50,130 nucleotides of DNA. Source: a virus. The stretch is taken from IMG/VR virus record IMGVR_UViG_3300038701_001690, positions 1 to 50,130 of that record; one strand, 5' to 3'. Positions 1-7,663 of this stretch are shown here, piece by piece. Within the stretch, counting starts at the first letter, position 1. Each line of letters opens with the position of its first letter. A model generated the notes under the pieces. It had not been told where the DNA came from. It searched no databases and was given only the letters and a program-made list of their open reading frames with translations. The position numbers and the translations under genes are program-made.

Positions 1-127
1 TGTTGTTCTATATCTGGGATTCTCATAAAACTCTCTTTATTTATCTAAATTTACTTTTTTATTTATTTTGTTCAAATTGCAGAAAAGTTTAAAAAGCTTC
101 TTGATTTATATTAAATTGTAATATACA
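1..127. repeat. Direct terminal repeat, left copy (identical to 50004-50130)
   Basis: Exact 127-nt identity read at both window ends. It closes the contig into a 50,003-bp circle. Confidence 0.95.
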
Positions 128-144
128 TTTAATTATTGCAGTTC
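101..144 (+). promoter_or_regulatory. Early-class promoter with GCAGTTC box (head of island A)
   Basis: TTGATT(101-106), 17 nt, TACATT(124-129), 8 nt, GCAGTTC(138-144). GGAGAAA SD follows, then ATG at 167. Confidence 0.6.
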
Positions 145-166
145 ACTAAATAACGGAGAAATATAA

Positions 167-697
167 ATGAGCAATAAGCTGAGAGAACAATACAAAAAAG
201 AACTCAAAGACCTAAAAGAAAAAATGTTAAAAGCAGAGTCCTTTGCTAAAAAAATACCTGTGTTTGAGGATCTAATAATTGAGAATAAATACACTGAAGA
301 TAGGGGAAGCCTTGATTTTGGAAGACAATACAAAAAAATACCTTTGGACTGGCGTATAAGGCGATTTTCCTATAAGGGGGATAGAGCTAAATATATATGC
401 AATTATAAAGGTGAATGCAATGAGCATCTTTTTAATATCTATATCAACACCGTTAGCTTATTTGATGAGCACAATAAATTTAACCTTTACGACTACATAA
501 AAGATGAAGATGTATTTTTCATAGATCGTTTAAATACGACTTTTTATGTTAGGGATTGCCAAATTGGAGATTTTTTAGAGAAGATAAACAATTGGTATGT
601 TGAGGCTATAGAAAAACTTAAGGAATTTCAGAAAGATAAGAAGATTAAAGAGCTTAAGAAAGAGCTAGATAAGCTGGAGGCCCAAAATGAGCAGTGA
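167..697 (+). CDS. Hypothetical protein, coiled-coil rich (176 aa)
   Basis: ORF track. ATG preceded by GGAGAAA. First gene after the boxed promoter. Confidence 0.6.
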   Translation: MSNKLREQYKKELKDLKEKMLKAESFAKKIPVFEDLIIENKYTEDRGSLDFGRQYKKIPLDWRIRRFSYKGDRAKYICNYKGECNEHLFNIYINTVSLFDEHNKFNLYDYIKDEDVFFIDRLNTTFYVRDCQIGDFLEKINNWYVEAIEKLKEFQKDKKIKELKKELDKLEAQNEQ

Positions 698-1241
698 GAT
701 TAAGAGGTATAAGATAAATCCTTGGGACTCTTTTAGGTTAAGAGAGTATGAGTCAGTAGATGGCGAATGGTGCAAATATGAGGACGTCCAAAAACTAGAA
801 GTCAAGGTTAAGGAGTTGGAAGGATGCGACGCTAACTATCAAAGGAGGAGACACAGCGAATTAAAAAAGAATTTTGCCAAGCTAGAAAAAGAACTCGCTG
901 AGCTTAAGGAGGCTACTAAAACAACATGGGATGTCGAAACTCAATGGGGGTTAAAATCATTCTCTAAGAAACATCAATGTGAATCTTATTGTGATTTATT
1001 AAATCTTTATGAAGATCTTAAGGAGGCTACACGCTGGCGGGATGTTAAGGAAGAGTTGCCAGAGCAATTAACCCATATTCTTGGGATGTTTGAAAATAAC
1101 TTCATGCAACAAGTTTTCTGGACTTATAAAAATGGTCAAAAAAAGTGGTTTTCAGAGTTTTGTGAGTTTCAAGTAAATGACCCAAAGATGTGGCGACCAT
1201 TGCCAATACTCCCAAAGGCAAAACAGGAGGGTGAGGAGTGA
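687..1241 (+). CDS. Hypothetical protein (184 aa)
   Basis: ORF track. 11-nt overlap with the upstream gene. Charged, coiled-coil segments. Confidence 0.55.
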   Translation: MSSEIKRYKINPWDSFRLREYESVDGEWCKYEDVQKLEVKVKELEGCDANYQRRRHSELKKNFAKLEKELAELKEATKTTWDVETQWGLKSFSKKHQCESYCDLLNLYEDLKEATRWRDVKEELPEQLTHILGMFENNFMQQVFWTYKNGQKKWFSEFCEFQVNDPKMWRPLPILPKAKQEGEE

Positions 1242-1468
1242 TGTATTGCGAAAATAAAGTAGATAAAAACCCGTTCTATTTTTGGAGTGGTAAAGGGCCT
1301 AAAGATCCTGAAAGAGTGCTATGCAATAAAGAAGCGACTCACCGCTTAAATAAGGGTGGGTACAATAAGAGACTATGTAATCACTGTCTTCAATTTGATT
1401 ATAAATTTTATCTGTATGACGCAGTTCCACTAGAACAATCAAAATCAAGCGGGGTGGATGATGAGTAA
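1241..1468 (+). CDS. Small Cys-containing hypothetical protein
   Basis: ATG at 1241 overlaps the upstream TGA (TGATG). The track start at 1238 is GTG. Contains C..H...CNHC. Confidence 0.5.
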   Translation: MYCENKVDKNPFYFWSGKGPKDPERVLCNKEATHRLNKGGYNKRLCNHCLQFDYKFYLYDAVPLEQSKSSGVDDE

Positions 1469-1673
1469 GTATTGTATTGAATTTACAAACCAAGATAATC
1501 ACACAATTCTTTTTGGGCCATTTTATTCGCTTGACCGAGCATATAAAAAATTGGATAAATTAGTGGATAGACAATTAAAAAGTCAGCCTTGGAATAAAGC
1601 TGAGGCTGGGACAATATATCAAATAGATAATAACCTATTTGTGGCCAGTTATAAATTGAGGGAATTGCTATGA
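1458..1673 (+). CDS. Hypothetical protein (71 aa)
   Basis: ORF track. Overlaps the end of the upstream gene. Confidence 0.5.
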   Translation: MMSKYCIEFTNQDNHTILFGPFYSLDRAYKKLDKLVDRQLKSQPWNKAEAGTIYQIDNNLFVASYKLRELL

Positions 1674-2032
1674 ATAACCAAGAAGCAAAAATAAAGATGG
1701 CTGAGATGTGCGGGTATGAGGTAAATATTAGTGGAGGACAAATACAGATTGCTCTTGAAATGAATATAGGCGGGTATCCATGCTTTAACATATGGAATCC
1801 ACAGGAAAACTTAGAGCAGGCTATGGAGGTGTTGAGAGTTTTAAGATCTAAAGGTGTCTGTTATTGCATGAGTAATGAATCATCCACTGTAGGTGTAACT
1901 CTCTTTGAAGGAGATTTTATAGATGAGGATACTGTAATTTGCAATGGCTCTGCTGGTATAAATGGAGAGTCTGAAGCCATATTCCAAGCGGTTAAGAAGT
2001 ATTTAGAAAACCAGCAGGAGCGCGAAGGATGA
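1670..2032 (+). CDS. Hypothetical protein (120 aa)
   Basis: ORF track. ATGA overlap with the upstream gene. Confidence 0.55.
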   Translation: MNNQEAKIKMAEMCGYEVNISGGQIQIALEMNIGGYPCFNIWNPQENLEQAMEVLRVLRSKGVCYCMSNESSTVGVTLFEGDFIDEDTVICNGSAGINGESEAIFQAVKKYLENQQEREG

Positions 2033-2208
2033 GTTTTATTAGATCGTGTTGGATGACGGGATGCAATAAAGATTTTATGACAAGTTCACTCGATGATCAT
2101 TACTGCCCATCATGTAGAAAGTTAGCCATAGAGGAAAGAATGAGAAGACAGACTATATACTCAAGTAATACAGTGAATATATGGAAGCATAAGGAGCGCG
2201 AAAAATGA
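2029..2208 (+). CDS. Zinc-ribbon mini-protein (59 aa, below ORF-track cutoff)
   Basis: Hand translation: MSFIRSCWMTGCNKDF...CPSCRKL. ATGA overlap. GGAGCGCGAA SD-like sequence upstream. Confidence 0.45.
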   Translation: MSFIRSCWMTGCNKDFMTSSLDDHYCPSCRKLAIEERMRRQTIYSSNTVNIWKHKEREK

Positions 2209-2348
2209 AAAGTTTAGATTCTTCAACGACCACTAAAAAGTGCGCTGTATGCAACGCTTTGTTTTTAGTCGACACAGATCATCAATATCAAATAAATGAG
2301 AGATGTGATAGGTGCAAGAATTTGGTAATTATTGTGAGAAAATATTAA
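2205..2348 (+). CDS. Zinc-ribbon mini-protein (47 aa, below ORF-track cutoff)
   Basis: Hand translation: MKSLDSSTTTKKCAVCNALF...CDRCKNL. ATGA overlap. The same GGAGCGCGAA sequence lies upstream. Confidence 0.45.
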   Translation: MKSLDSSTTTKKCAVCNALFLVDTDHQYQINERCDRCKNLVIIVRKY

Positions 2349-2391
2349 AATGAGCGAACTTAAGAAGATGACGGAGAGATGAGGATGGATT

Positions 2392-2853
2392 TTAAAGATC
2401 AAACTCATTAATGAAATTCTTGCGCATGATATTCTCAAAGTTATCTTTGTTTTTATCGTGTGCCAATGTGAGAAATGGCCTTGGAGCTATGCGTCTCCAA
2501 GATGATGATCTTTGTTCTGGAGTTTTATACTGCTGAAGATACTGAGCATATTTTGTATTAGTTCCGAAATCCATCCTATGACCGCCAACCGTAAAAGAAA
2601 GGCTTCTGTGAAGAGTTCCTGAACGCCTCTGAGGATATTCACCCTCTGCACCGGCTCTTGCAATACGGCCCTTGTAATTATACAGCCTGCCGGTTTTCCT
2701 TGTCTTCTTAAGCATTCCAGTCTTAGCAGTCTTTACAAGATCTTTTCCGATCTCACGCATTCCACGAGTAATAGCGACATCAACCCGCTTTGGATTCAAT
2801 GCCTTAAGTACATCTTGGGGAACTTCCGATTTAACTGTAATTTCAAAGCTCAT
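2392..2853 (-). CDS. HK97 gp10-family neck/tail-completion protein
   Basis: ATG at 2853 (ATGA overlap); the track start at 2859 is TTG. Sequence resembles the HK97 gp10-like family from memory. Lies at the end of the head module. Confidence 0.65.
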   Translation of the reverse strand: MSFEITVKSEVPQDVLKALNPKRVDVAITRGMREIGKDLVKTAKTGMLKKTRKTGRLYNYKGRIARAGAEGEYPQRRSGTLHRSLSFTVGGHRMDFGTNTKYAQYLQQYKTPEQRSSSWRRIAPRPFLTLAHDKNKDNFENIMRKNFINEFDL

Positions 2854-3227
2854 GCCCAATTCGCTTGTTTAGTCTTAGATCCGTTTTTGGTGCAGGAAAT
2901 TTTCAGGAATCTATTTTCTTCATTGAGATTTTCAACAGTTCTGACAAGATAGTAATTATTGTTTTGCTCAATCGTGTAATTCATTTCAACGGTGTAACCG
3001 TATCGAATATAAAAAATGTGTGTTGGCGCATCATCGGTGTTCACCTGATTAAAAAACGGCCCTCCCTGCGTGGTGTCTATTCTGGCACGGCAAGAAACAT
3101 ATTCAGAAAAATCCATTGTGTGAGAAACTTCGGAAGGCTCAATTTTACGATTGATAATCTTAATAGGTTTCTTTAAATCGCCAATGCATATTCTATCTGC
3201 CTTTCGGGAAATTTTACGACAAGCCAT
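2850..3227 (-). CDS. Head-tail adaptor / head closure protein
   Basis: 125 aa. FYIRY...Y.I....N..L.I.C pattern typical of the Phage_H_T_join family. Position follows the connector gene. Confidence 0.6.
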   Translation of the reverse strand: MACRKISRKADRICIGDLKKPIKIINRKIEPSEVSHTMDFSEYVSCRARIDTTQGGPFFNQVNTDDAPTHIFYIRYGYTVEMNYTIEQNNNYYLVRTVENLNEENRFLKISCTKNGSKTKQANWA

Positions 3228-3863
3228 TTATGCACCTATTTCAACTATTTTATATTTCCGGTAAGTTTTAAGGGATTGAGAAGGAATAGAATTAAGGTCA
3301 TTACATGCGCAATCACCACGATTCTCGTACAAGAATGCAACGTGCTCCATTAACGCAATCTGAATATCGGATGGAACGCCTGCTGTAGTAGCAGAGATTC
3401 CGGCTATGAAATCAATTATAATACTTTGTGGTCTGGTGCTTTTTTGTGGAAAGTCAAAAGAGTCGATGAACTGGATTGAAGAATAAGCATCTGAGTAAAC
3501 ATCAAAATAATTAGTGTTGGTTACTGTCTGCTCAACTTCGTCTTCATCGTTATATTTTACCGAAGTAATTGAAACAAGTGGAGATTTCCTTAATTCATAA
3601 TGACATTTCCAACAATCTCTGAAGGTTTGGAAATTTGTATACATTAAAGTTTTCTTAGAAACTGTTTCAAAGCAACTGACCGCCTGATCGACTAACAACT
3701 GTAAAATTGCGTCCTCAGATGTATCTGTTACATCCATGCGCAACCACTGTTTTAATTTAGTCAAATCAAGCGGTACTTGTCCTGAATCTACCAAGCTTAC
3801 AGTTATGTAAGGACTGTTTCTTTCGTGGTAATCTTCACCATATATGTAATCTTGATAGCTCAT
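3228..3863 (-). CDS. Head-tail connector (gp6-like) protein
   Basis: N-terminal LKQWLRMD..DTSEDAILQLLVDQA motif typical of gp6-like connectors. Gene position fits. Confidence 0.6.
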   Translation of the reverse strand: MSYQDYIYGEDYHERNSPYITVSLVDSGQVPLDLTKLKQWLRMDVTDTSEDAILQLLVDQAVSCFETVSKKTLMYTNFQTFRDCWKCHYELRKSPLVSITSVKYNDEDEVEQTVTNTNYFDVYSDAYSSIQFIDSFDFPQKSTRPQSIIIDFIAGISATTAGVPSDIQIALMEHVAFLYENRGDCACNDLNSIPSQSLKTYRKYKIVEIGA

Positions 3864-3869
3864 ATTGTT

Positions 3870-4175
3870 TTATTTCTTCGCTGGTTTGCGTCTCTTATTC
3901 GCTGGCTTAGGTTCAACCTTTGTCTCTTCCACTTCAACAACTTTGACCTCTTCGACAGATTCTTCCAAATCCTCAGCCGGTGCAGATTCTTTCTTTTCTG
4001 GTTCAGGTTCAACCTTAGTTTCATGAGATGACACTTTTCCATCCACTCTTCCAGAATCAATTAACTGTTGAAGAAGAACCGGACATTTCACTTTAGCTGA
4101 AACATCTTCACCTTCTTTAAATTCGCAAAATTCCCTATTTATATAAACTGGGAAATTAATTTTTGCCTTGTTCAT
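3870..4175 (-). CDS. Hypothetical protein with acidic/Lys-rich low-complexity C-terminus
   Basis: ORF track. AGAGG SD. Starts just downstream of the terminator at 4210-4256. Confidence 0.5.
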   Translation of the reverse strand: MNKAKINFPVYINREFCEFKEGEDVSAKVKCPVLLQQLIDSGRVDGKVSSHETKVEPEPEKKESAPAEDLEESVEEVKVVEVEETKVEPKPANKRRKPAKK

Positions 4176-4209
4176 TTCTTAGTACCTCTTTATTTTAAGA
4201 AAAATATAC

Positions 4210-4256
4210 AAAAAAGACCAACACGGCAGAAAAGAGATACTGACACCGCATTGGTC
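4210..4256 (-). terminator. Rho-independent terminator after the capsid-accessory gene
   Basis: GACCAA(4216-4221) pairs with TTGGTC(4251-4256), with inner CGG/CAG pairs. A T6 run follows on the minus strand (A-run 4210-4215). Confidence 0.55.
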
Positions 4257-4263
4257 TTTTAAA

Positions 4264-4653
4264 TTACTTACCAGCTACGGCAGGATTACCAAGAGTAATA
4301 GTAGCTCCACCAACAAGGTTAGCAGAGTTATCACTTATGATTGAAACCTGTACATAACGCTTTTGCGCCACAATACCGGTAGAAACTACAGTATTTGCTG
4401 TGCTGTTAGCCGTGAAAGAGCCAATAACGAAATCGCCAGAAATCGCTGTTGCTCCACTCATGCCAGAATCATCAGATTCAGTCACGGAAAGAGTAACATC
4501 TCCAGCAGTTACCACACCTGTGATGCAATTAACCATTGCAGACTCACAACCTTGAGTGTCAATGATGATGCCAGCAGTAGTAGTATCACTTGAAATTGTC
4601 GCCGGTGCAACTGCCACTAATTCAACAGCGCTATTATAAAGATCTTGTTGCAT
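4264..4653 (-). CDS. Putative capsid decoration/accessory protein
   Basis: 129-aa Thr/Ser/Gly/Val-rich protein immediately after the major capsid gene. Function assigned by position only. Confidence 0.4.
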   Translation of the reverse strand: MQQDLYNSAVELVAVAPATISSDTTTAGIIIDTQGCESAMVNCITGVVTAGDVTLSVTESDDSGMSGATAISGDFVIGSFTANSTANTVVSTGIVAQKRYVQVSIISDNSANLVGGATITLGNPAVAGK

Positions 4654-4686
4654 TTTTAATGCTCCATTTTGAATTTAAGTTATCAA

Positions 4687-4705
4687 CCCTAAGCAGTACT
4701 TAGGG
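4687..4705 (-). other. Hairpin just downstream of the major capsid gene
   Basis: CCCTAAG(4687-4693) pairs with CTTAGGG(4699-4705), 5-nt loop. No clear U-tract. Confidence 0.4.
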
Positions 4706-4720
4706 CCAAATTAAAGAATC

Positions 4721-5974
4721 TTACTGAATTTTAAGAATCTTTGTTGCTTCAAAGTTTTTAACTTTACCGTCATTTCTGCGTCTAAGGTGAAGCTTGACAA
4801 ACTTAGGATTAGTTTCATCTCTAAGAACTGAGAAACCAAGACGCTCAATGAACGTGTAAGCTTCTCTGAAGTCACCATATGCAACAGAAAGACCATTTGT
4901 AGCAACAGCATTCATATTAACTTCCCACTTGACAGGAGCGCCAAGTATAGCAAGATCAAGATTTTGACCGCTGAAGAAATTAATCTGATTGCCAACCTGA
5001 AAACGAGCATTACCGTCAACGTCAGCAAGTAGAGCAAAGAATGTTCCTCTGTTCATTACATAGCTTGCGTTTGCGTGGTAAGGATCTTTAAGAGCACTTG
5101 GAAGAAGCTGAATAACATCAGCCCACTTGATAACTCCACTAGAGCTAGAAGTGATTTGCTCAATAGTTCCGTAAGTAGTACCGGCATCATAAGTCAAGTA
5201 TCCGCGTGGCTTGTCAACACCATTGCCAGAAACAATTAAATCACCAGATTCTCTTATTGAACCTTCACGAAGCTTACCAAGGATGTAAGATTCAATGTCA
5301 ATGAAAGAATCTTCAAGCTGAACACGACTAAATTTCTTAGTGTAAATCTGCTCTGAAGCGTTCCATGTTACTTCTTTAAAAGCTTCTCCACCCTGATCGT
5401 CAGTAGCAGTTGCAAGCTCGTTTGAGTAATAGGAATCATCATAATCAGCCCAGTCAATGATTTCTTTCCATACGCCAGAAGAAGTAGTTACTTTTTCAAC
5501 TACATCCATCAAACCACGACCGTCAAATTTCTTCTGAACGATGTTTTGGCTGTACTGAGGAACTACGAAAAAACCACCCTGAGGATCGATAACAGTATTA
5601 AGAGACTTCTGCTCGTCATTACTAAGACCGACAGCAGTTCCTTTTCTAATATACTTATCAAAGGCTGATTTGACTTCATTCATCTGCTCAAGGTCAACAG
5701 CTTCTTTGCCGTGAGTTTTAAGCATATCATTATATGATTTAAGATCCATTTCAAGAGCGTCTTTAGCGTTCTTTTCTTGAGTCTTACGGGCAACAGCTTT
5801 TTCAACTGCCGTAAACTTTGTTTCTATATCTTTGATACAGTTTTGAAGTTTTTCGATGCTCTGGCCCATTTCTTGACCATTGCTTTTTAATTCGTCATAG
5901 TTCTTTGTCGAGATCTCTTGGTGATCATGAAAAGCACTTTTTACTTCATCAATTAATTTAGCTACTTCAGCCAT
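4721..5974 (-). CDS. Major capsid protein, HK97 fold, with N-terminal coiled-coil delta-like domain
   Basis: 417 aa directly after a prohead protease gene. The N-terminal ~100 aa are coiled-coil. Size and order are typical of HK97-type heads. Confidence 0.85.
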   Translation of the reverse strand: MAEVAKLIDEVKSAFHDHQEISTKNYDELKSNGQEMGQSIEKLQNCIKDIETKFTAVEKAVARKTQEKNAKDALEMDLKSYNDMLKTHGKEAVDLEQMNEVKSAFDKYIRKGTAVGLSNDEQKSLNTVIDPQGGFFVVPQYSQNIVQKKFDGRGLMDVVEKVTTSSGVWKEIIDWADYDDSYYSNELATATDDQGGEAFKEVTWNASEQIYTKKFSRVQLEDSFIDIESYILGKLREGSIRESGDLIVSGNGVDKPRGYLTYDAGTTYGTIEQITSSSSGVIKWADVIQLLPSALKDPYHANASYVMNRGTFFALLADVDGNARFQVGNQINFFSGQNLDLAILGAPVKWEVNMNAVATNGLSVAYGDFREAYTFIERLGFSVLRDETNPKFVKLHLRRRNDGKVKNFEATKILKIQ

Positions 5975-5976
5975 GA

Positions 5977-6702
5977 TTAATTTCCTTTGTTTGTTTTCAG
6001 TTCATCTAAAAGAGTGGATAAAGAGTTTTTAATTTCTTCATTCTCTTTTTCGGATTTTTCCTCATCTTCATTAACTTGATCACCAAGTTTATCTTCTTCC
6101 TCTTGCTCACCAAGATTCAAAGATTTGATTTTGGAAATGATTGCTTCAGTGGCTTTTCTTGAATAACCACCTTCTTCTCTTAAATTTTTCTCAATATCTT
6201 TTAAGGTTTCTAGACCTTCGATATTTTTAACACCGGTCAGGACTGCGCTTTCATTCATTGGGAATACTACTAAAGAAGCATCTCTTATTCTGAGTTCTTT
6301 AATAACTCTAATTGGGCCAATCCATTCAACTTCAGTTGCTTTGTATCCGATTGATAGACCGCCGTATTCGCCGTGTCTTGCCTTGGCAACGATGTCATCA
6401 TTGAATTTAATTCCTTTGATGATTTCAGATTTAATCCAAACGCCATTTTCAGTCCTCTTATACTCGGTAACAATACCAAGAGGCATTCCAGAAAACCCAT
6501 CATGTTGATGCAAAAAAGTCGGAAGCCCATACTCTTTAAATGAATCAATAACAGCCTGAACTTCAACACGGTCATCACCTTGATCAACGTCATCAGTAGA
6601 AAGTATACCTTCAATTATATGATATGTTTGACCGCTCTCTTCATCGACTCTCTCGCCAACTGCCTTCACTTCAAAAGGGAATGCATACTTATCTTTTTTC
6701 AT
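5977..6702 (-). CDS. Prohead serine protease (HK97 / S78 family)
   Basis: Start moved to ATG 6702 (AGGA SD), so the product begins MKKDKYAFPFEVKA. GILSTDDVDQGDDRV and HQHD motifs. Acidic C-terminal tail. Confidence 0.75.
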   Translation of the reverse strand: MKKDKYAFPFEVKAVGERVDEESGQTYHIIEGILSTDDVDQGDDRVEVQAVIDSFKEYGLPTFLHQHDGFSGMPLGIVTEYKRTENGVWIKSEIIKGIKFNDDIVAKARHGEYGGLSIGYKATEVEWIGPIRVIKELRIRDASLVVFPMNESAVLTGVKNIEGLETLKDIEKNLREEGGYSRKATEAIISKIKSLNLGEQEEEDKLGDQVNEDEEKSEKENEEIKNSLSTLLDELKTNKGN

Positions 6703-6772
6703 AATATTTCCTGTATGATATGCTTCATAGTTATAATATTGGTCAAAACTAAAATTGTAAAATTGTACAAAT

Positions 6773-7663
6773 TTAAGTGGAAATTGAATTACACCGGCAA
6801 TTAATAATATTCCCCAAAGAAGCGCCAAGACTTGAATCAAGCGGTTGCATCATAAACTCACCAGCCACAATATAAGGTTTGAAAACATCGACCTCTTGAC
6901 CGTGAGCATCTAAATGAGCTTCGCGGGTAGCGTCATCTAAAAGCGATATCCAAGTTTTTGTTAATGTGATAGTCTGTAGCTTCTGAAAATCTTCTTCACC
7001 TAACGCCTGAAGGCTTGCTTCTTTTTTTTTAGCGTCATCAATAGCTGTTGCAAAAACCTCATCTTCTGAAGAGCTACCAATTCCGGCAGATGTTCCAACT
7101 TCAGTTTCTGCTATGGTAGGGACACGGTTTAAGTTCCTGTCTTTAATATTCGGGATAGCTTCTTTAATAACTGCGTCATCTGTTAACACTTCGCCGGACT
7201 GGCTAACAATTATATTTGCTTTGTCGATCTCATCAGCAATTACTTTCTTTGTCGTGTCGATTATTGAGCTTGCATGAAGAGGAATTACCTTTCTTATCTT
7301 GCTGTCAATATCAATAAATATTTGTCGGTTTATGTCTTTTCTTAGGAAAATTGCAAAAGCCAAAAGCGCGGAATCATCGCCTTCATCTTGCTGTTTCTGC
7401 ATTTCTCTTTCATAATGCTCAGAAAAGAATTTGGAAGTTTCTCTGTAAGATCGGCGAAGGATAACTTCAAGCTGTGTTTGGAATTCATCAAAATCTATTA
7501 ATCCACCAGTAGCAGAAAAGATAATCAGTAAATCTTCGGCCATCTCCCGAAAAAATCTGCGCATATCCTTTTCAAGCTTAGATTCAAATACAAGTTTTTG
7601 TGCATCGTACTTATCGGAGAGATCTTGTTTTTCGTCTAAGGTAAGATCTAAAAGATCAGCCAT
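6773..7663 (-). CDS. Head morphogenesis protein (Mu F / SPP1 gp7 family)
   Basis: Follows the portal gene with a TAATG overlap. C-terminal NCRC motif is typical of the family. Confidence 0.7.
   Translation of the reverse strand: MADLLDLTLDEKQDLSDKYDAQKLVFESKLEKDMRRFFREMAEDLLIIFSATGGLIDFDEFQTQLEVILRRSYRETSKFFSEHYEREMQKQQDEGDDSALLAFAIFLRKDINRQIFIDIDSKIRKVIPLHASSIIDTTKKVIADEIDKANIIVSQSGEVLTDDAVIKEAIPNIKDRNLNRVPTIAETEVGTSAGIGSSSEDEVFATAIDDAKKKEASLQALGEEDFQKLQTITLTKTWISLLDDATREAHLDAHGQEVDVFKPYIVAGEFMMQPLDSSLGASLGNIINCRCNSIST

Noticed and set aside
71-90. An apparent extra, degenerate box copy, ATTGCAGAAAAG, upstream of island A
   Set aside because: On the other strand it is the CAATTTGAAC -35 region of the late-class tail-module promoter. 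It lacks the GTTC half of the box.
1421-1427. A GCAGTTC copy inside CDS 1241-1468, 30 nt upstream of the next start
   Set aside because: It has no -10/-35 at the characteristic spacing and no GGAGAAA leader. About three chance occurrences are expected. It is kept only as a possible weak internal site.
3825-4060. ORFs 3825-4031 (+) and 3860-4060 (-), which overlap 3870-4175
   Set aside because: They are extremely basic or repetitive translations generated by alternative frames of an acidic low-complexity coding stretch. The 3870-4175 frame has the SD and ATG.
6703-6840. N-terminal 46-aa hydrophobic extension of the protease ORF (track start 6840)
   Set aside because: It would overlap the MuF-like gene by 68 nt. 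The internal ATG at 6702 has an AGGA SD, and the protease homology starts there. The extension is read-through of intergenic DNA.
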